A DNA stretch of 64,000 bases from Candidatus Latescibacterota bacterium (GCA_965219455.1 OZ244744.1:2912001-2976000); one strand, 5' to 3'. Numbered from the stretch's first letter, positions 18,763 through 29,155 are shown. Translations and numbers: made by a program. The notes: a model not told the origin generated them from the sequence alone.

Positions 18763-19329
18763 ATGTATAGCTTTTGGATATTTTGTCTGTTGGCGTTCTT
18801 GCCGGCATTAGCTGAGGCACAACAAAAAGGATGGAGGATCGAGAAATCGGTTGATCCAATGACTGATTCTATAACTGTTAAACTTTCAAACACAGGAACT
18901 AATATTTATGAGGATAGTGATGATCGTATCGTTCTTACACTAACCTGTCGCGGCAGGGATGGAAACACCAGAACTTTCCTTGGCTTACATATTATAACAA
19001 GATCCGTAGTTAATCCGGACAAAAATCAATTACACCATATAGCTATGCGCTTTGGTAGAGAAACTAAAAATATCGTTTTTCCAAACTGGAAAAGTAAGGT
19101 AACGTCATTAAGAAAAGAATCATCTGTCGAACACACAATTAAAATGGAAGCACGACTTGTTGAAAAACGCACTAAATTCATAATCCATAAACTAAAGTCC
19201 GGAGTTTATGCTCAACTATTAATTAAAGCAATAGTTCCACCGTTGGTTGATATAATGACTTTTAGACTGAACATTGCAGGATCAAGATATCAGGTACGAA
19301 AGTTCTTTAGGCAATGCGAAAAGAAGTGA
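18763..19329 (+). CDS. Low-GC hypothetical secreted protein
   Basis: Signal peptide (ALAEA), W.I....DPMTD...L.L.C; visibly AT-rich relative to flanks. Confidence 0.65.
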   Translation: MYSFWIFCLLAFLPALAEAQQKGWRIEKSVDPMTDSITVKLSNTGTNIYEDSDDRIVLTLTCRGRDGNTRTFLGLHIITRSVVNPDKNQLHHIAMRFGRETKNIVFPNWKSKVTSLRKESSVEHTIKMEARLVEKRTKFIIHKLKSGVYAQLLIKAIVPPLVDIMTFRLNIAGSRYQVRKFFRQCEKK

Positions 19330-19405
19330 ACTGCCTTTACTTATCATAAGGAAGGCCTTGGACGCAACGCGTAAATCGTTCCGACCATGATTTAGAGGAC
19401 AGAAG

Positions 19406-20524
19406 ATGACTTCCAGAATCGCGATAGTGCTGTTGATCGTCTCGAGCTTCTGGGCTTGCGGAGGAGATTCGGTGACGACGTCGGAGCCGCCCGCCCTTGA
19501 AAGGGGTCTCCAGGAGGTCGGAAATCTGACTCGACCCCGGTATCAGCACGTCGCGACGTTATTGCCGGATGGCAAAGTACTGATCGCCGGTGGCTACAAG
19601 GAGGGGATCCCGAACTTCACCGACGTATCGAATCGTCACATCAGCGCGGAGATATTCGATCCGGTAACCGGGACCTCTTCGCAAACGGGAAACATGACCG
19701 TCGGTCGATCCACGGACCACGGAATATTGCTTCCCGACGGTCTCGTTCTGATTATACCCAGATATCATGATTTCCCCATTGAAATATACGATCCTCACGC
19801 CGCTCGATTCAACGCAGTGGCGAAAATACCCTGGTATCCGCCCATTACCACCGTAAATCTGCTTCAAAGCGGCAAGATATTCGTGACGACCCAGCAGCAC
19901 ACTGCTGTCTTCGACCCTGTTGCGAGCGCCTTCTCCCCAATAGTCGCGTTGGAGAAAACACGAAAAAACCATTCGGCGACTTTGCTGAAGGACGGCCGCG
20001 TGCTGATCGTTGGAGGAACACGCGGGGGAATTGACAACGAGTTGACCGGACGGAATCTGATTTACGAACCCTCGTCAAATGCCTTTGCGGAAGCTGGTGA
20101 TCTGCAGGTCGACCGATGGGGCCATACTACGGTGCTTCTTCCGGACGGCAGGGTTCTGATCGTTGGCGGCCATACCGGTTCAGAGCATGCAAACCTTGCC
20201 GAGATGTACGACCCCGATACAAACACGTTCTGGCCGGCCGGAACTTCTGCCATTTGGCCTGCCGCCGCCCTGCTGCTGCCGTCCGGCAGAGTGTTTTTCA
20301 TCCACGGGCCTACAGGCAATATCGTACTGTACAATCCCGCTACACATGTATTTTCACCCACAGGGCACAACATAGGACCATGGCGGGACGAGGCTTCGGT
20401 CACGCTGCTTGAAGACGGCCTGGTAATGATTGCGGGAGGCTGGAAGTACAGGGACAGCTCGACACAAAGTGGCGATGGACAAGAGCGGGAGATCACGGAT
20501 CAGGTCCATATATTCACGCCTTGA
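19406..20524 (+). CDS. Kelch-repeat lipoprotein, tandem copy 1
   Basis: FWACGG lipobox, TTSEPPALERGL linker, Kelch motifs. Confidence 0.9.
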   Translation: MTSRIAIVLLIVSSFWACGGDSVTTSEPPALERGLQEVGNLTRPRYQHVATLLPDGKVLIAGGYKEGIPNFTDVSNRHISAEIFDPVTGTSSQTGNMTVGRSTDHGILLPDGLVLIIPRYHDFPIEIYDPHAARFNAVAKIPWYPPITTVNLLQSGKIFVTTQQHTAVFDPVASAFSPIVALEKTRKNHSATLLKDGRVLIVGGTRGGIDNELTGRNLIYEPSSNAFAEAGDLQVDRWGHTTVLLPDGRVLIVGGHTGSEHANLAEMYDPDTNTFWPAGTSAIWPAAALLLPSGRVFFIHGPTGNIVLYNPATHVFSPTGHNIGPWRDEASVTLLEDGLVMIAGGWKYRDSSTQSGDGQEREITDQVHIFTP

Positions 20525-20661
20525 GTGTGAAATTAAAAAATGGACCTCTCCCCCCAGCCCTCTCTCCTGCGAGGAGAGGGGGAGCCGAATGAAGTGTTGC
20601 GTAAACAACGTTTTATACGCGCCGTGAATGCTCGGACAACGCCATCTCGGCACCCTCACTC

Positions 20662-20960
20662 TGAGGAAGCCGGTGTGAAGGTGGGGCAGACATTCCTGTC
20701 TGCCCGCTTCGCCAGCGTTCTGAGCTTGCCTTGAGGCTTGCGATGTCTCCGCGCAAATTTGTTTACTGTGCTATTGCGTCAGGACAATCGATCAGACGGG
20801 AGATTCTTCGACTACGCTCAGAATGACATGCTTTGCAATAACCATCAGCGAATTCTGTCTGTCAGGTATCGGCAAATGATTGTCATCCTGAGGAGGCCCT
20901 GTCTGCCGTGCTCGGCACAGGCAGGCGTCAGGCCGACGAAGGATCTACTGCGGCATCGGA
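20662..20960. repeat. Family B unit (TGAGGAAGCCG..GTGAAGGTGGGGCAGACATTCCTGTCTGCCCGC) plus family A units
   Basis: Family B cores at 20681, 22491, 23733, 25008, one after each tandem Kelch gene. Confidence 0.8.
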
Positions 20961-21133
20961 TCATGCCCAAGCGTCTTGCATTCGGTCCGACCGGACAGGC
21001 GGCACAACCGCTCCCCTCTCCGTGCCGGGGAGGGGCCGGGGGAGGGGTCGCGTTCCAGGACGCGGTAAATAGGCCGCAGACGCGACGTCCAACTCTTGGC
21101 AGCCGGCTCTTTTCTTGTCGCGGAGGACACATA

Positions 21134-22279
21134 ATGACAGCCAGAATCTTGTTTGCGCTGTTCGTCGTCTCCAGCTTATGGGGCTGTGGAAGCGAATCGG
21201 TGACGACGTCGGAGCCGCCGGCGCTGGAACGGGGTCTCCACGAGGTCGGAATAATGACCCAACCCCGTTATCAACATGCCGCGACGTTATTGCTGAATGG
21301 CAGGGTACTGATCGCCGGAGGCTACGCGGAATTGCTTCCCACATTCACAGAGCCCCCTCCGCCCAATACCGTCTTTCCCCAACCGAAGCGTCATATCAGC
21401 GCGGAAATATTCGATCCTGAAACCGGGACGTCTTCGCCAACGGTAGACATGACCGTCGGTCGTGACTCTGATAACGGCATCCTGCTTCCGGACGGTCGCG
21501 TCCTGATTGTGCCCGGATATGGTCATCTCCCCATTGAGATGTACGATCCACATTCCGGCAGATTCGATGTCGTGGCGCACGTACCCTCAAATGCAATGAT
21601 TTCGACCGCGACCCTGCTGCCCAGTGGAAAGGTCTTTGTCACTGCCATGGAACACACGGGTGTCTTCGACCCGGATGCGCGCGCATTTACCTCCATATTC
21701 GCGATGGACCATCGACGTAGACTGCATACGGCGAGTCTGATGAAGGACGGCCGAGTGCTGATCGTTGGAGGAATACGCGGCGGAATCAAGGACGGGATGG
21801 TCGGACGGAATCTGATTTACGATCCCTCGTCCAAGGCCTTTGCGGAAGCCGGGAATCTACAGTTCGACCGCTTATTCCATAAGGCGGTGCTCCTTCAGGA
21901 CGGCAGGGTCCTGATCATCGGCGGTATTGCCGGTGAAGGGCCTTTCGTACCTACAGCCGAGATGTACGATCCCGAAACAAACGCGTTTTCGCCGGCCGGC
22001 GTTTCTGCAATCGATCCGAGCGCCGCCCTGCTGTTGCCGTCCGGCAAAGTGCTCCTTATCCGCTCGATTAACGGCGACATCGTACTTTACGATCCGGCCG
22101 CACATGAATTTTCTCCTACAGGGCACAGCATAGGGTGGCGGTCGCAGCCTACGGTAACTCTGCTTACAGACGGCCGCGTGATGGTTGCCGGTGGATCGAA
22201 GGACAAGGAGAGTTCCACAGCCGGCGGACATGTGTTCGAAGAGGAGATCACGGATCAGGTACTGATATTCACGCCTTGA
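21134..22279 (+). CDS. Kelch-repeat lipoprotein, tandem copy 2
   Basis: ATG 21134 after GGAGGA; LWGCGS lipobox; Kelch motifs. Confidence 0.9.
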   Translation: MTARILFALFVVSSLWGCGSESVTTSEPPALERGLHEVGIMTQPRYQHAATLLLNGRVLIAGGYAELLPTFTEPPPPNTVFPQPKRHISAEIFDPETGTSSPTVDMTVGRDSDNGILLPDGRVLIVPGYGHLPIEMYDPHSGRFDVVAHVPSNAMISTATLLPSGKVFVTAMEHTGVFDPDARAFTSIFAMDHRRRLHTASLMKDGRVLIVGGIRGGIKDGMVGRNLIYDPSSKAFAEAGNLQFDRLFHKAVLLQDGRVLIIGGIAGEGPFVPTAEMYDPETNAFSPAGVSAIDPSAALLLPSGKVLLIRSINGDIVLYDPAAHEFSPTGHSIGWRSQPTVTLLTDGRVMVAGGSKDKESSTAGGHVFEEEITDQVLIFTP

Positions 22280-22550
22280 ATGCGCACGTGCGCCCACACG
22301 CTGAAGGAAGGCGTGAGGCTGAGGATGTCTCCGAGCAGATGTGTTACCGTGGGTTTCCGGCTTACGGACACCCGAACAGACGGGAGATTCTTCGACTCCG
22401 CTCAGAATGCCATGCCTTCCAATAACCATCAGCGAAATGTGTCGGTCACACGTCGGCACAAGTTGTCGTGTTGAGGAAGCCGATGCGAAGGTGGGGCAGA
22501 CATTCCTGTCTGCCCGCCTCGCGATCGTTCTGGCAAAAAGGAGACACAAG

Positions 22551-23684
22551 ATGACCACCAGAATTGGACTCGCGCTATTGGTTGTCACGAGCTTCTGCGC
22601 TTGCGGAAGCGACTCGGTGACGACGTCGGAGCCCCCGGCGCTTGAAAGGGGTCTCCACGAGGTCGGAAACCTGACTCGACCCCGGTATTGGCATGCCGCG
22701 ACATTATTGCAGAATGGCAAGGTCTTGATCGCCGGCGGCTATGCGGAGTTGATTAAGAGGCATCAGGGACGACCTCCCCCGAATACAATTACGCCCCAGA
22801 CAGAGCGTCATATCAGCGCCGAAATATTCGATCCTGAAACCGGGACCACCAGGCCTACGGGAGACATGACCGTCAATCGCAGAGAGGACCACGGAATATT
22901 GCTTCCCGACGGCCGAGTTCTGATCATACCCGGATTTCGTTATTTCCCCATTGAGATGTACGATCCTGATTCCGGCAGATTCGACGCAGTGGCATTCATG
23001 CAGGAGGCGGGGATCGAGACGGCCACCCTGCTGCCAAACGGAGAGGTCTTTTTGACCAGCACGGTACACGCCGGTGTCTTCGACACCATTACGGGGACAT
23101 TTCCCGCCACGTTCGCGAATTATCGTCCCCGATGGCGCCACACGGCGACTTTGCTGAAGGACGGCAGGGTGTTGATCGTTGGAGGGGTGCATTTCGGAAG
23201 GGAAACGCACCTGGCCGGGAGGAATCTGATTTACGACCCCTCGTCCAAAGCCTTTTCGGAAGCCGCGAAGCTTCAGTTCGACCGCAGGAATCATAAAGCG
23301 GTGCTTCTCCAGGACGGAAGGGTCCTGATCATAGGCGGTGGCGATGCCGATTTGCGGACGTTTCGACAGACAGCGGAGATATACGACCCTGAAACAGACT
23401 CGTTTTCGCCGGCCGGCGTTTCCAACATCGACCCGAGCGCCGCCGTGCTATTGCCGTCCGGCGATGTGCTCCTCATCCAATCATGGAAAGGTGATATCAC
23501 ACTGTATAATCCAGCCACACACGCATTTTCTCCAACAGGACACAGCATAGGGTGGAGGGATACGCCTACGGTAACGCTGCTTGCCGACGGCCGCGTGATG
23601 ATTGCCGGCGGATCGAAGAATACAGGCAGTGGACACACGTTCAAGGAGGAGATTACGGACCAGATCCTGATCTTCACGCCTTAG
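22551..23684 (+). CDS. Kelch-repeat lipoprotein, tandem copy 3
   Basis: ATG 22551 after AAGGAG; FCACGS lipobox; Kelch motifs. Confidence 0.9.
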   Translation: MTTRIGLALLVVTSFCACGSDSVTTSEPPALERGLHEVGNLTRPRYWHAATLLQNGKVLIAGGYAELIKRHQGRPPPNTITPQTERHISAEIFDPETGTTRPTGDMTVNRREDHGILLPDGRVLIIPGFRYFPIEMYDPDSGRFDAVAFMQEAGIETATLLPNGEVFLTSTVHAGVFDTITGTFPATFANYRPRWRHTATLLKDGRVLIVGGVHFGRETHLAGRNLIYDPSSKAFSEAAKLQFDRRNHKAVLLQDGRVLIIGGGDADLRTFRQTAEIYDPETDSFSPAGVSNIDPSAAVLLPSGDVLLIQSWKGDITLYNPATHAFSPTGHSIGWRDTPTVTLLADGRVMIAGGSKNTGSGHTFKEEITDQILIFTP

Positions 23685-23817
23685 GGGGGATACAGGTGGC
23701 AAAACTATCAATTTGAGGAAGCCGACGTGAACGTGGGGTGGGCATTCCTGTTTGCCCGCCCGGCCGGTCCTGTCGTGTAGCTGTCGCGTTCACAGACCCT
23801 TGACGCGGGAGAAAAAG

Positions 23818-24960
23818 ATGAATGCCAAAATCGCAATGGCGCTGTTTATCGTCTCGAGCTTATGGGCATGCGGAGGCGATACGGTGACGACGCCGGAACC
23901 ACCCGCACTCGAACGGGGTCTTCACGAGGTCGGTAATTTGAGCAAGCCCCGGTATTGGCATGCCGCGACATTATTGCGGAATGGCAAGATCCTGATCGCC
24001 GGCGGCACCGCGGAACTACCTACAGGACGCGAGCACCCCGCTCCCGGCGTTCCCGTCATCCTTGGCCAGCGCCCAGGTCGACTTGCCAGCGCGGAGATAT
24101 TCGACCCCGAAACCGGAATATCTTCGCCAACGGGTAGCATGACCGTCAGTCGTTACGCAGACCACGGAATATTGCTTCCCGACGGCCGAGTCCTTTTCGT
24201 ACCCACATTTGGTCATTTCCCCTTTGAGATGTACGATTTTCACTCCGCCAGATTCGATTTTGTGACAATACTGTACCCGGGCATTTCGATCCGGACTACC
24301 TCGCTGCTGGCCAACGGAAAGGTCTTTTTGACCACCACGGAACTCGCCGGTGTCCTGGACCCCGCTACAGGCACAATTTCCGCGATTATCTGGATGGATC
24401 ATCCGCGATTTGGCCATACGGCGACTGTGATGAAGGACGGCAGGGTGCTGATCGTTGGAGGGAAGCTTGTAAAAGGGGACGGCGGATTGGTTGGCCGGAA
24501 CCTGATTTACGATCCCTCGACCGGAGCTTTTTCAGAGGCAGGCGATCTGCAGTTCGACCGACTAAATCACACAGCGGTGCTCCTTCAGGACGGCGGAGTC
24601 CTGATCATGGGCGGTAGCGATGCCGATTTTCGGTCGTCCGTACAGACGGCGGAAATGTACGACCCTGAATCAGACTCGTTTTCGCCAGTCGGCGTTTCGA
24701 CAATTGAACCACTGGCAGCGCGTTTGCTGCCGACCGGCGACGTGCTCCTCATCCGCCAGGATAACGGTGATATCGTACTATTCAATCCCGCAACACATGC
24801 GTTCTCTCCCACGGGACACAGCATAGGGTGGCGGACACGGCCTACGGTAACGCTGCTTGCAGACGGTCGCGTGATGATTGCCGGCGGATCGAAGGATACA
24901 GGCAGTGGACACACGTTGAAGGAGGAGATTACGGATCAGGTCCATATATTCACGCCTTAG
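23818..24960 (+). CDS. Kelch-repeat lipoprotein, tandem copy 4
   Basis: ATG 23818 after GGGAG; LWACGG lipobox; Kelch motifs. Confidence 0.9.
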   Translation: MNAKIAMALFIVSSLWACGGDTVTTPEPPALERGLHEVGNLSKPRYWHAATLLRNGKILIAGGTAELPTGREHPAPGVPVILGQRPGRLASAEIFDPETGISSPTGSMTVSRYADHGILLPDGRVLFVPTFGHFPFEMYDFHSARFDFVTILYPGISIRTTSLLANGKVFLTTTELAGVLDPATGTISAIIWMDHPRFGHTATVMKDGRVLIVGGKLVKGDGGLVGRNLIYDPSTGAFSEAGDLQFDRLNHTAVLLQDGGVLIMGGSDADFRSSVQTAEMYDPESDSFSPVGVSTIEPLAARLLPTGDVLLIRQDNGDIVLFNPATHAFSPTGHSIGWRTRPTVTLLADGRVMIAGGSKDTGSGHTLKEEITDQVHIFTP

Positions 24961-25226
24961 AGAGACACAGGAGCCGTCACTGAAAATCTGAGGGAGCCGG
25001 TGTGAAGGTGGGGCGGACATTCCTGTCTGCCCGCCTCGCGTATCCTTCTGAGGAGGCCGAATTGGCGGCGATGTCTCCGCGCAAATTTGTTTACTGTGCT
25101 ATTGCGTCAGGACAATCGATTAGACGGGAGATTCTTCGACTTCGCTCAGAATGACATGGGGGTCGATTGTCAGATCGAAGGAATGGCGCGCGAGAACCTG
25201 TCTGCAAAACGGAAAAGGATAACGAT

Positions 25227-25763
25227 ATGCAACTGAAGTTTGGATGGAAGTCCTGGGTGTTGATGGCGGTCGCGGTGGTCCTGGCGGGCGTCGCGTTGGG
25301 TCAGATTCTCGTGGAGACGCCGGAGCCGGAGAACGCGCTGCCCATGGGCCCGGCCGCACCCGACTTTGCACTTGAAAGTCCGGACGGTTCGGTCATCCGG
25401 CTGTCCGACAATAAGGGCCGTGTTGTCCTGATCAACTTCTGGGCCACCTGGTGCGTGCCGTGCCTGTACGAATTACCCCACGTTCAGAAATTATACGAAC
25501 GATACCGCAATAAAGGCCTGACCGTACTTGCCATCAGCACGGACTTCGATCGGGCGCGCGTGAAACCGTTTGTAAGGAAAAACGGTTACACCTTTCCGGT
25601 ACTGTTCGCCGATCCGGGCGTTCAATCCGACTACGAAGTCCGGAGCATTCCAACCACCTACCTGATTGACGGGAAGGGCCGTCTCAGGTTCATGCAAATG
25701 GGCTACGGCCCGGACACCGGAACGGAGTTGGAATGGGCCCTCGAACAACTGTTGGGGCGGTAG
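25227..25763 (+). CDS. TlpA/ResA-like thiol-disulfide oxidoreductase
   Basis: APDF.L, GRVVLINFWATWCVPC..ELP, IPTTYLID. Confidence 0.9.
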   Translation: MQLKFGWKSWVLMAVAVVLAGVALGQILVETPEPENALPMGPAAPDFALESPDGSVIRLSDNKGRVVLINFWATWCVPCLYELPHVQKLYERYRNKGLTVLAISTDFDRARVKPFVRKNGYTFPVLFADPGVQSDYEVRSIPTTYLIDGKGRLRFMQMGYGPDTGTELEWALEQLLGR

Positions 25764-25958
25764 ATGGACGGTGGGAGAAATGATTCGAGGAATGGAATTC
25801 GGAATGGCGGGGGCTGCTTAAGCAAACCGGCGGCCGCGCCATGCAGGAGCGCTGAGCCGCCGGTGATCGTACAATTGCCGGATCGGATCGCGGGGATGCA
25901 GTGACCAGAGTCGCATCGGGTGTGCCGATAAATCGACCGACAGGCATCCGCAACGCGT

Positions 25959-26663
25959 CTACGGCGCCGGCGTGGACGGCGGAAGGATAACCGCCACGGC
26001 GTCCGCGGTCTGCTCGACGCGATCGAACAGGTCAACCGCCTGTCGCCTGTTCATCTGAAAGTCGACCGTGACCGCTGCCGTGGGAAGGAATGCGCCCTGC
26101 GCAAACACGGTCAGGCGCTTATCGTTCATGGGATTCCAGATCTCAACGACCCTGCCGTCGAACTCACTCCCGAAGGCGACGTAGGCCACGTTACTTCGAG
26201 GTCTGTTTCCGCTGGGAACGCCCACGCGGACCTCTTTGCCAATATACTGAAAGGGAGGTTGCAGTTCACGCACCCGGCCGCGAAGATCGGCAATCAGAGG
26301 ATTTTCCGCAATCGCGCCCTCCAGGCGGGTTTTCCGCTCATCCAGTGTTTCGCCGTTTCCATGTGTTGTCGCGTCCGGCATCGCATCGCCGAGGCGACCG
26401 GCCAATCTGCTGTCCCGGTAGTGAAAGACGTCCTTCTCTTTCAACCATCCGAGCGTCGCTTCTCTGGCGAAATCCTTGCTCCAGATCGAATCAAGGACCG
26501 CGTCGTGCGCCACCATTTTGTCCTCGATCCGCATCTGAATGGAATTCTCGGCATCGTAGTTGATGGCGACATTAATAGGCGCGATGTACGCGATGTACGC
26601 CAGGTACGCGCACGCCGCCGCCAACAGGACCTCGACTACGGTACGTATGTTCGAACTTGCCAT
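25959..26663 (-). CDS. Hypothetical protein with N-terminal TM helix
   Basis: 234-aa ORF with RBS GAGGAGGG, hydrophobic N-terminus. Confidence 0.6.
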   Translation of the reverse strand: MASSNIRTVVEVLLAAACAYLAYIAYIAPINVAINYDAENSIQMRIEDKMVAHDAVLDSIWSKDFAREATLGWLKEKDVFHYRDSRLAGRLGDAMPDATTHGNGETLDERKTRLEGAIAENPLIADLRGRVRELQPPFQYIGKEVRVGVPSGNRPRSNVAYVAFGSEFDGRVVEIWNPMNDKRLTVFAQGAFLPTAAVTVDFQMNRRQAVDLFDRVEQTADAVAVILPPSTPAP

Positions 26664-26739
26664 CTCTTCCCTCCTCGTATCGACGGTTCACTGCCGATTC
26701 AGACGACCGTGGTTTCGTCGCTTGCAAACCAGTGCCCCG

Positions 26740-26850
26740 TCCCGTAAATATCTCACCATTCTGCCGCCTGCCTCGCATGCTTCAGCAGGCAGGCCGATTC
26801 ATCCCGTCTCGTCGACCGAATTTAGGCAACCTATTTCCGGGACAGAACAC
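26740..26850 (-). repeat. Family E dispersed element (GCGAGACGGGATGAA...GAATGGTGA.A.ATTT)
   Basis: Related copies at 43527-43613 (-), 45661-45720 (+), 48050-48102 (+), 50371-50437 (+). Confidence 0.65.
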
Positions 26851-26974
26851 CAGATCCTGCGGGCAGCGCCAGGAGCAACCGTATTCGTTCGTGTTTCCGC
26901 ACCTTTCTCCGACGGACATCCGCCAGTCGATATATTAAATCCGATGGTTCGCCAGCGTTCGACCTGAGGTACGT

Positions 26975-27835
26975 TTATTTTCTGCCTGTATACGCCCGCC
27001 CCACCTTCGCCACAGCCTCCCCGCCTCCGGAGCAGATCATCACGCCCTCGTCAATCATCTCCGTGACGTTTCCCGTATTCGCACCGTTCAGAAAGAACAG
27101 ACCGGCGTCCTTGCAGGCAGCCATCACGCGGGCGCGGGCAGCCCCCATTTCAGGCGGATAGGGCGGGTCGTGCCGGTCGGCGTGTCCCAGCGACATCCCC
27201 ATATCCCCGGGTCCCCACTCGCCGAAGACGAGCCCCTGCACCTGCGCCGTCGCCTCCGCGTTGGCCAGCGCGCGTTTGTTCTCGATTTTCACGCCGAGCA
27301 TCAACTCCCCGGCCGGATTCAGCGGCCACGGATCGGCTTTCTCCAGGTACTCGTTCACTGGTAAGCCCCATAACTGCGCGGCCCAGCCCTGCCCCCCGGC
27401 GCCGCGCCGGCCATCACCATGCCCCGCCGCCGGCTTCCGGAACGGATACCTGCAACTCTCCACAAAGGCCCGGACGCCCTCCGGGTCATCGGCATGGCAC
27501 AGGAGAATCCCGTGCACGCCTCGGGCCAGCGCCTGCTTGAACATCCAGGCATTCGCGCGAACCGCGGCTTCACTCGACCCCTCCACCGGCAGATCCACGA
27601 TGACGGCCGGCGTCCGGTGCCCGCTGGCCGCGGGACCGCCGTCGACCAGTCCGCGCATGAACTCGGCGAGCCCGCGCATATCGAACGCCCCGTGCTCCAT
27701 ACTGACGTTGATATAGTCGGCCCAGGTCCCGGCCATCTCCCGGCCCACGTCGTACGACACTTCGGAGACGCCGACATAGTAAATCGGCTGTCCCTGTTCC
27801 AGCAGCTCGATCGCTTTGTTGATCCGTTTCGGCAT
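26975..27835 (-). CDS. HpcH/HpaI aldolase/citrate lyase family protein
   Basis: MEHG.FD, KQALARGV.GI, KIEN..AL.N.E, GPGDM.MSLG. Confidence 0.8.
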   Translation of the reverse strand: MPKRINKAIELLEQGQPIYYVGVSEVSYDVGREMAGTWADYINVSMEHGAFDMRGLAEFMRGLVDGGPAASGHRTPAVIVDLPVEGSSEAAVRANAWMFKQALARGVHGILLCHADDPEGVRAFVESCRYPFRKPAAGHGDGRRGAGGQGWAAQLWGLPVNEYLEKADPWPLNPAGELMLGVKIENKRALANAEATAQVQGLVFGEWGPGDMGMSLGHADRHDPPYPPEMGAARARVMAACKDAGLFFLNGANTGNVTEMIDEGVMICSGGGEAVAKVGRAYTGRK

Positions 27836-28141
27836 GTTGCACCCCGCATATGAGGAGATAGACTCAACGTACCGCGCCAAAATAAAGCGGGTTCCCTGAA
27901 AAATCAACGGTTCACCGGGCCGCCTTCCGTGGTCTCCGACCATGTACAGGCGACCGTCAGGTTTCACGTCGGCCCTGAACGATGACTCCAAAGGACGTAC
28001 GGGATCCATCTTGACGGCGTCACGACGCGCTCGTATCTTTACGTTCGACGTGCGGCGGATCAGGGACAGGCCTTCTCAGGTCGTCCTCCATAAGCCTTGA
28101 ACCTTATGCCGCAGGAACCTCTACATCTACAGGGAGAAGCC

Positions 28142-29155
28142 ATGCTTGGCGTTGCAATCCAGGGCGCGGGAAACGTCTCCACCGAACACATAAGAGCCTA
28201 CCTGAACAACCCTGACACCCGGGTGGTCGCCGTCGGAAGCCGGACACTGGAAAGCGCCCAAAAAAAAGCGGTTGAACTGGGCCTTGAATGCGACCTGTAC
28301 GATAACTACGACAGGCTTCTCGAACATCCGGAAGTCGACGTCGTTTCCATCTGTACCCCGCCGGACCGCCACGCCGGGGAAGCCATTGCCGCCGCCCGTG
28401 CCGGCAAACACCTGCTGATCGAGAAACCGGTGGCCACCAACCCCGACGAACTGGATGCGATGCACCGGGCCGTCAAAAGTGCAGGCGTGAAAACGGTCGT
28501 CGGCTTCGTGCTTCGGTGGAACCCCCTCATCATTTCCGTCAAACGGGCTATCGAGAAGGGCTGGGTCGGCGTCCCTCTGTATATTCAGGCGGACTACTGG
28601 CACGGACCCACCAACGCGCGTCCCGAAAAATTCAGCCGCGCCGGCTGGGCCCCGTTCGTCAACGGCGCCATTGTGCACGGCGGCTGCCATGCCCTGGACG
28701 CCGCCCGTTACATCCTGAACAACGACATGGTCACCCGGGTAACGGGCGTTTCTCCGCGCCATCGCACCCATTCGGAGGACTACCGCTCCACAACCGTCGC
28801 AACGGTGGAATTCGCGGGGGGCGCCGCCGGAAAAATCTCGGGTTCCACGGCCTTTTTCATGCCCTATGTCTTCAACCTGGAGGTCTTTGGCACGGAGGGC
28901 GTGATCCGAAACAATCAGTTCTACACCCGGCAGCTATCCGGCCAGGACGCCTTCGGTAGTTTTCCCGCGGTAATGCCCGACAGCGGCGCCGTTGCCCACC
29001 ATCCTTTCCAGGAAATGATCGACCACCTTGTTGAATGTATCCTCGACGACGTCGAATCCCACAACAGTCTCGCCGTAGCCGTCAACACCCACGCCGCATG
29101 TTTTGCCGCTGAAGAATCGGCCGAAAACGGCTCCATAACGATCCAGTTGCAATGA
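28142..29155 (+). CDS. Gfo/Idh/MocA oxidoreductase
   Basis: GAGNVS..H, DVVSICTP...H, KHLLIEKP, GCHALD. Confidence 0.9.
   Translation: MLGVAIQGAGNVSTEHIRAYLNNPDTRVVAVGSRTLESAQKKAVELGLECDLYDNYDRLLEHPEVDVVSICTPPDRHAGEAIAAARAGKHLLIEKPVATNPDELDAMHRAVKSAGVKTVVGFVLRWNPLIISVKRAIEKGWVGVPLYIQADYWHGPTNARPEKFSRAGWAPFVNGAIVHGGCHALDAARYILNNDMVTRVTGVSPRHRTHSEDYRSTTVATVEFAGGAAGKISGSTAFFMPYVFNLEVFGTEGVIRNNQFYTRQLSGQDAFGSFPAVMPDSGAVAHHPFQEMIDHLVECILDDVESHNSLAVAVNTHAACFAAEESAENGSITIQLQ

Noticed and set aside
20738-21133. Long N-terminal extensions on Kelch, GWxTD, cutC, DUF350 and lyase ORFs
   Set aside because: They translate intergenic repeats or neighbouring genes; downstream starts have an RBS and the expected family N-terminus.
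19406-25157. Classical integron with attC sites
   Set aside because: No RYYYAAC...GTTRRRY core ends recognised in the intergenic units and no intI; spacers are long repeat mosaics.
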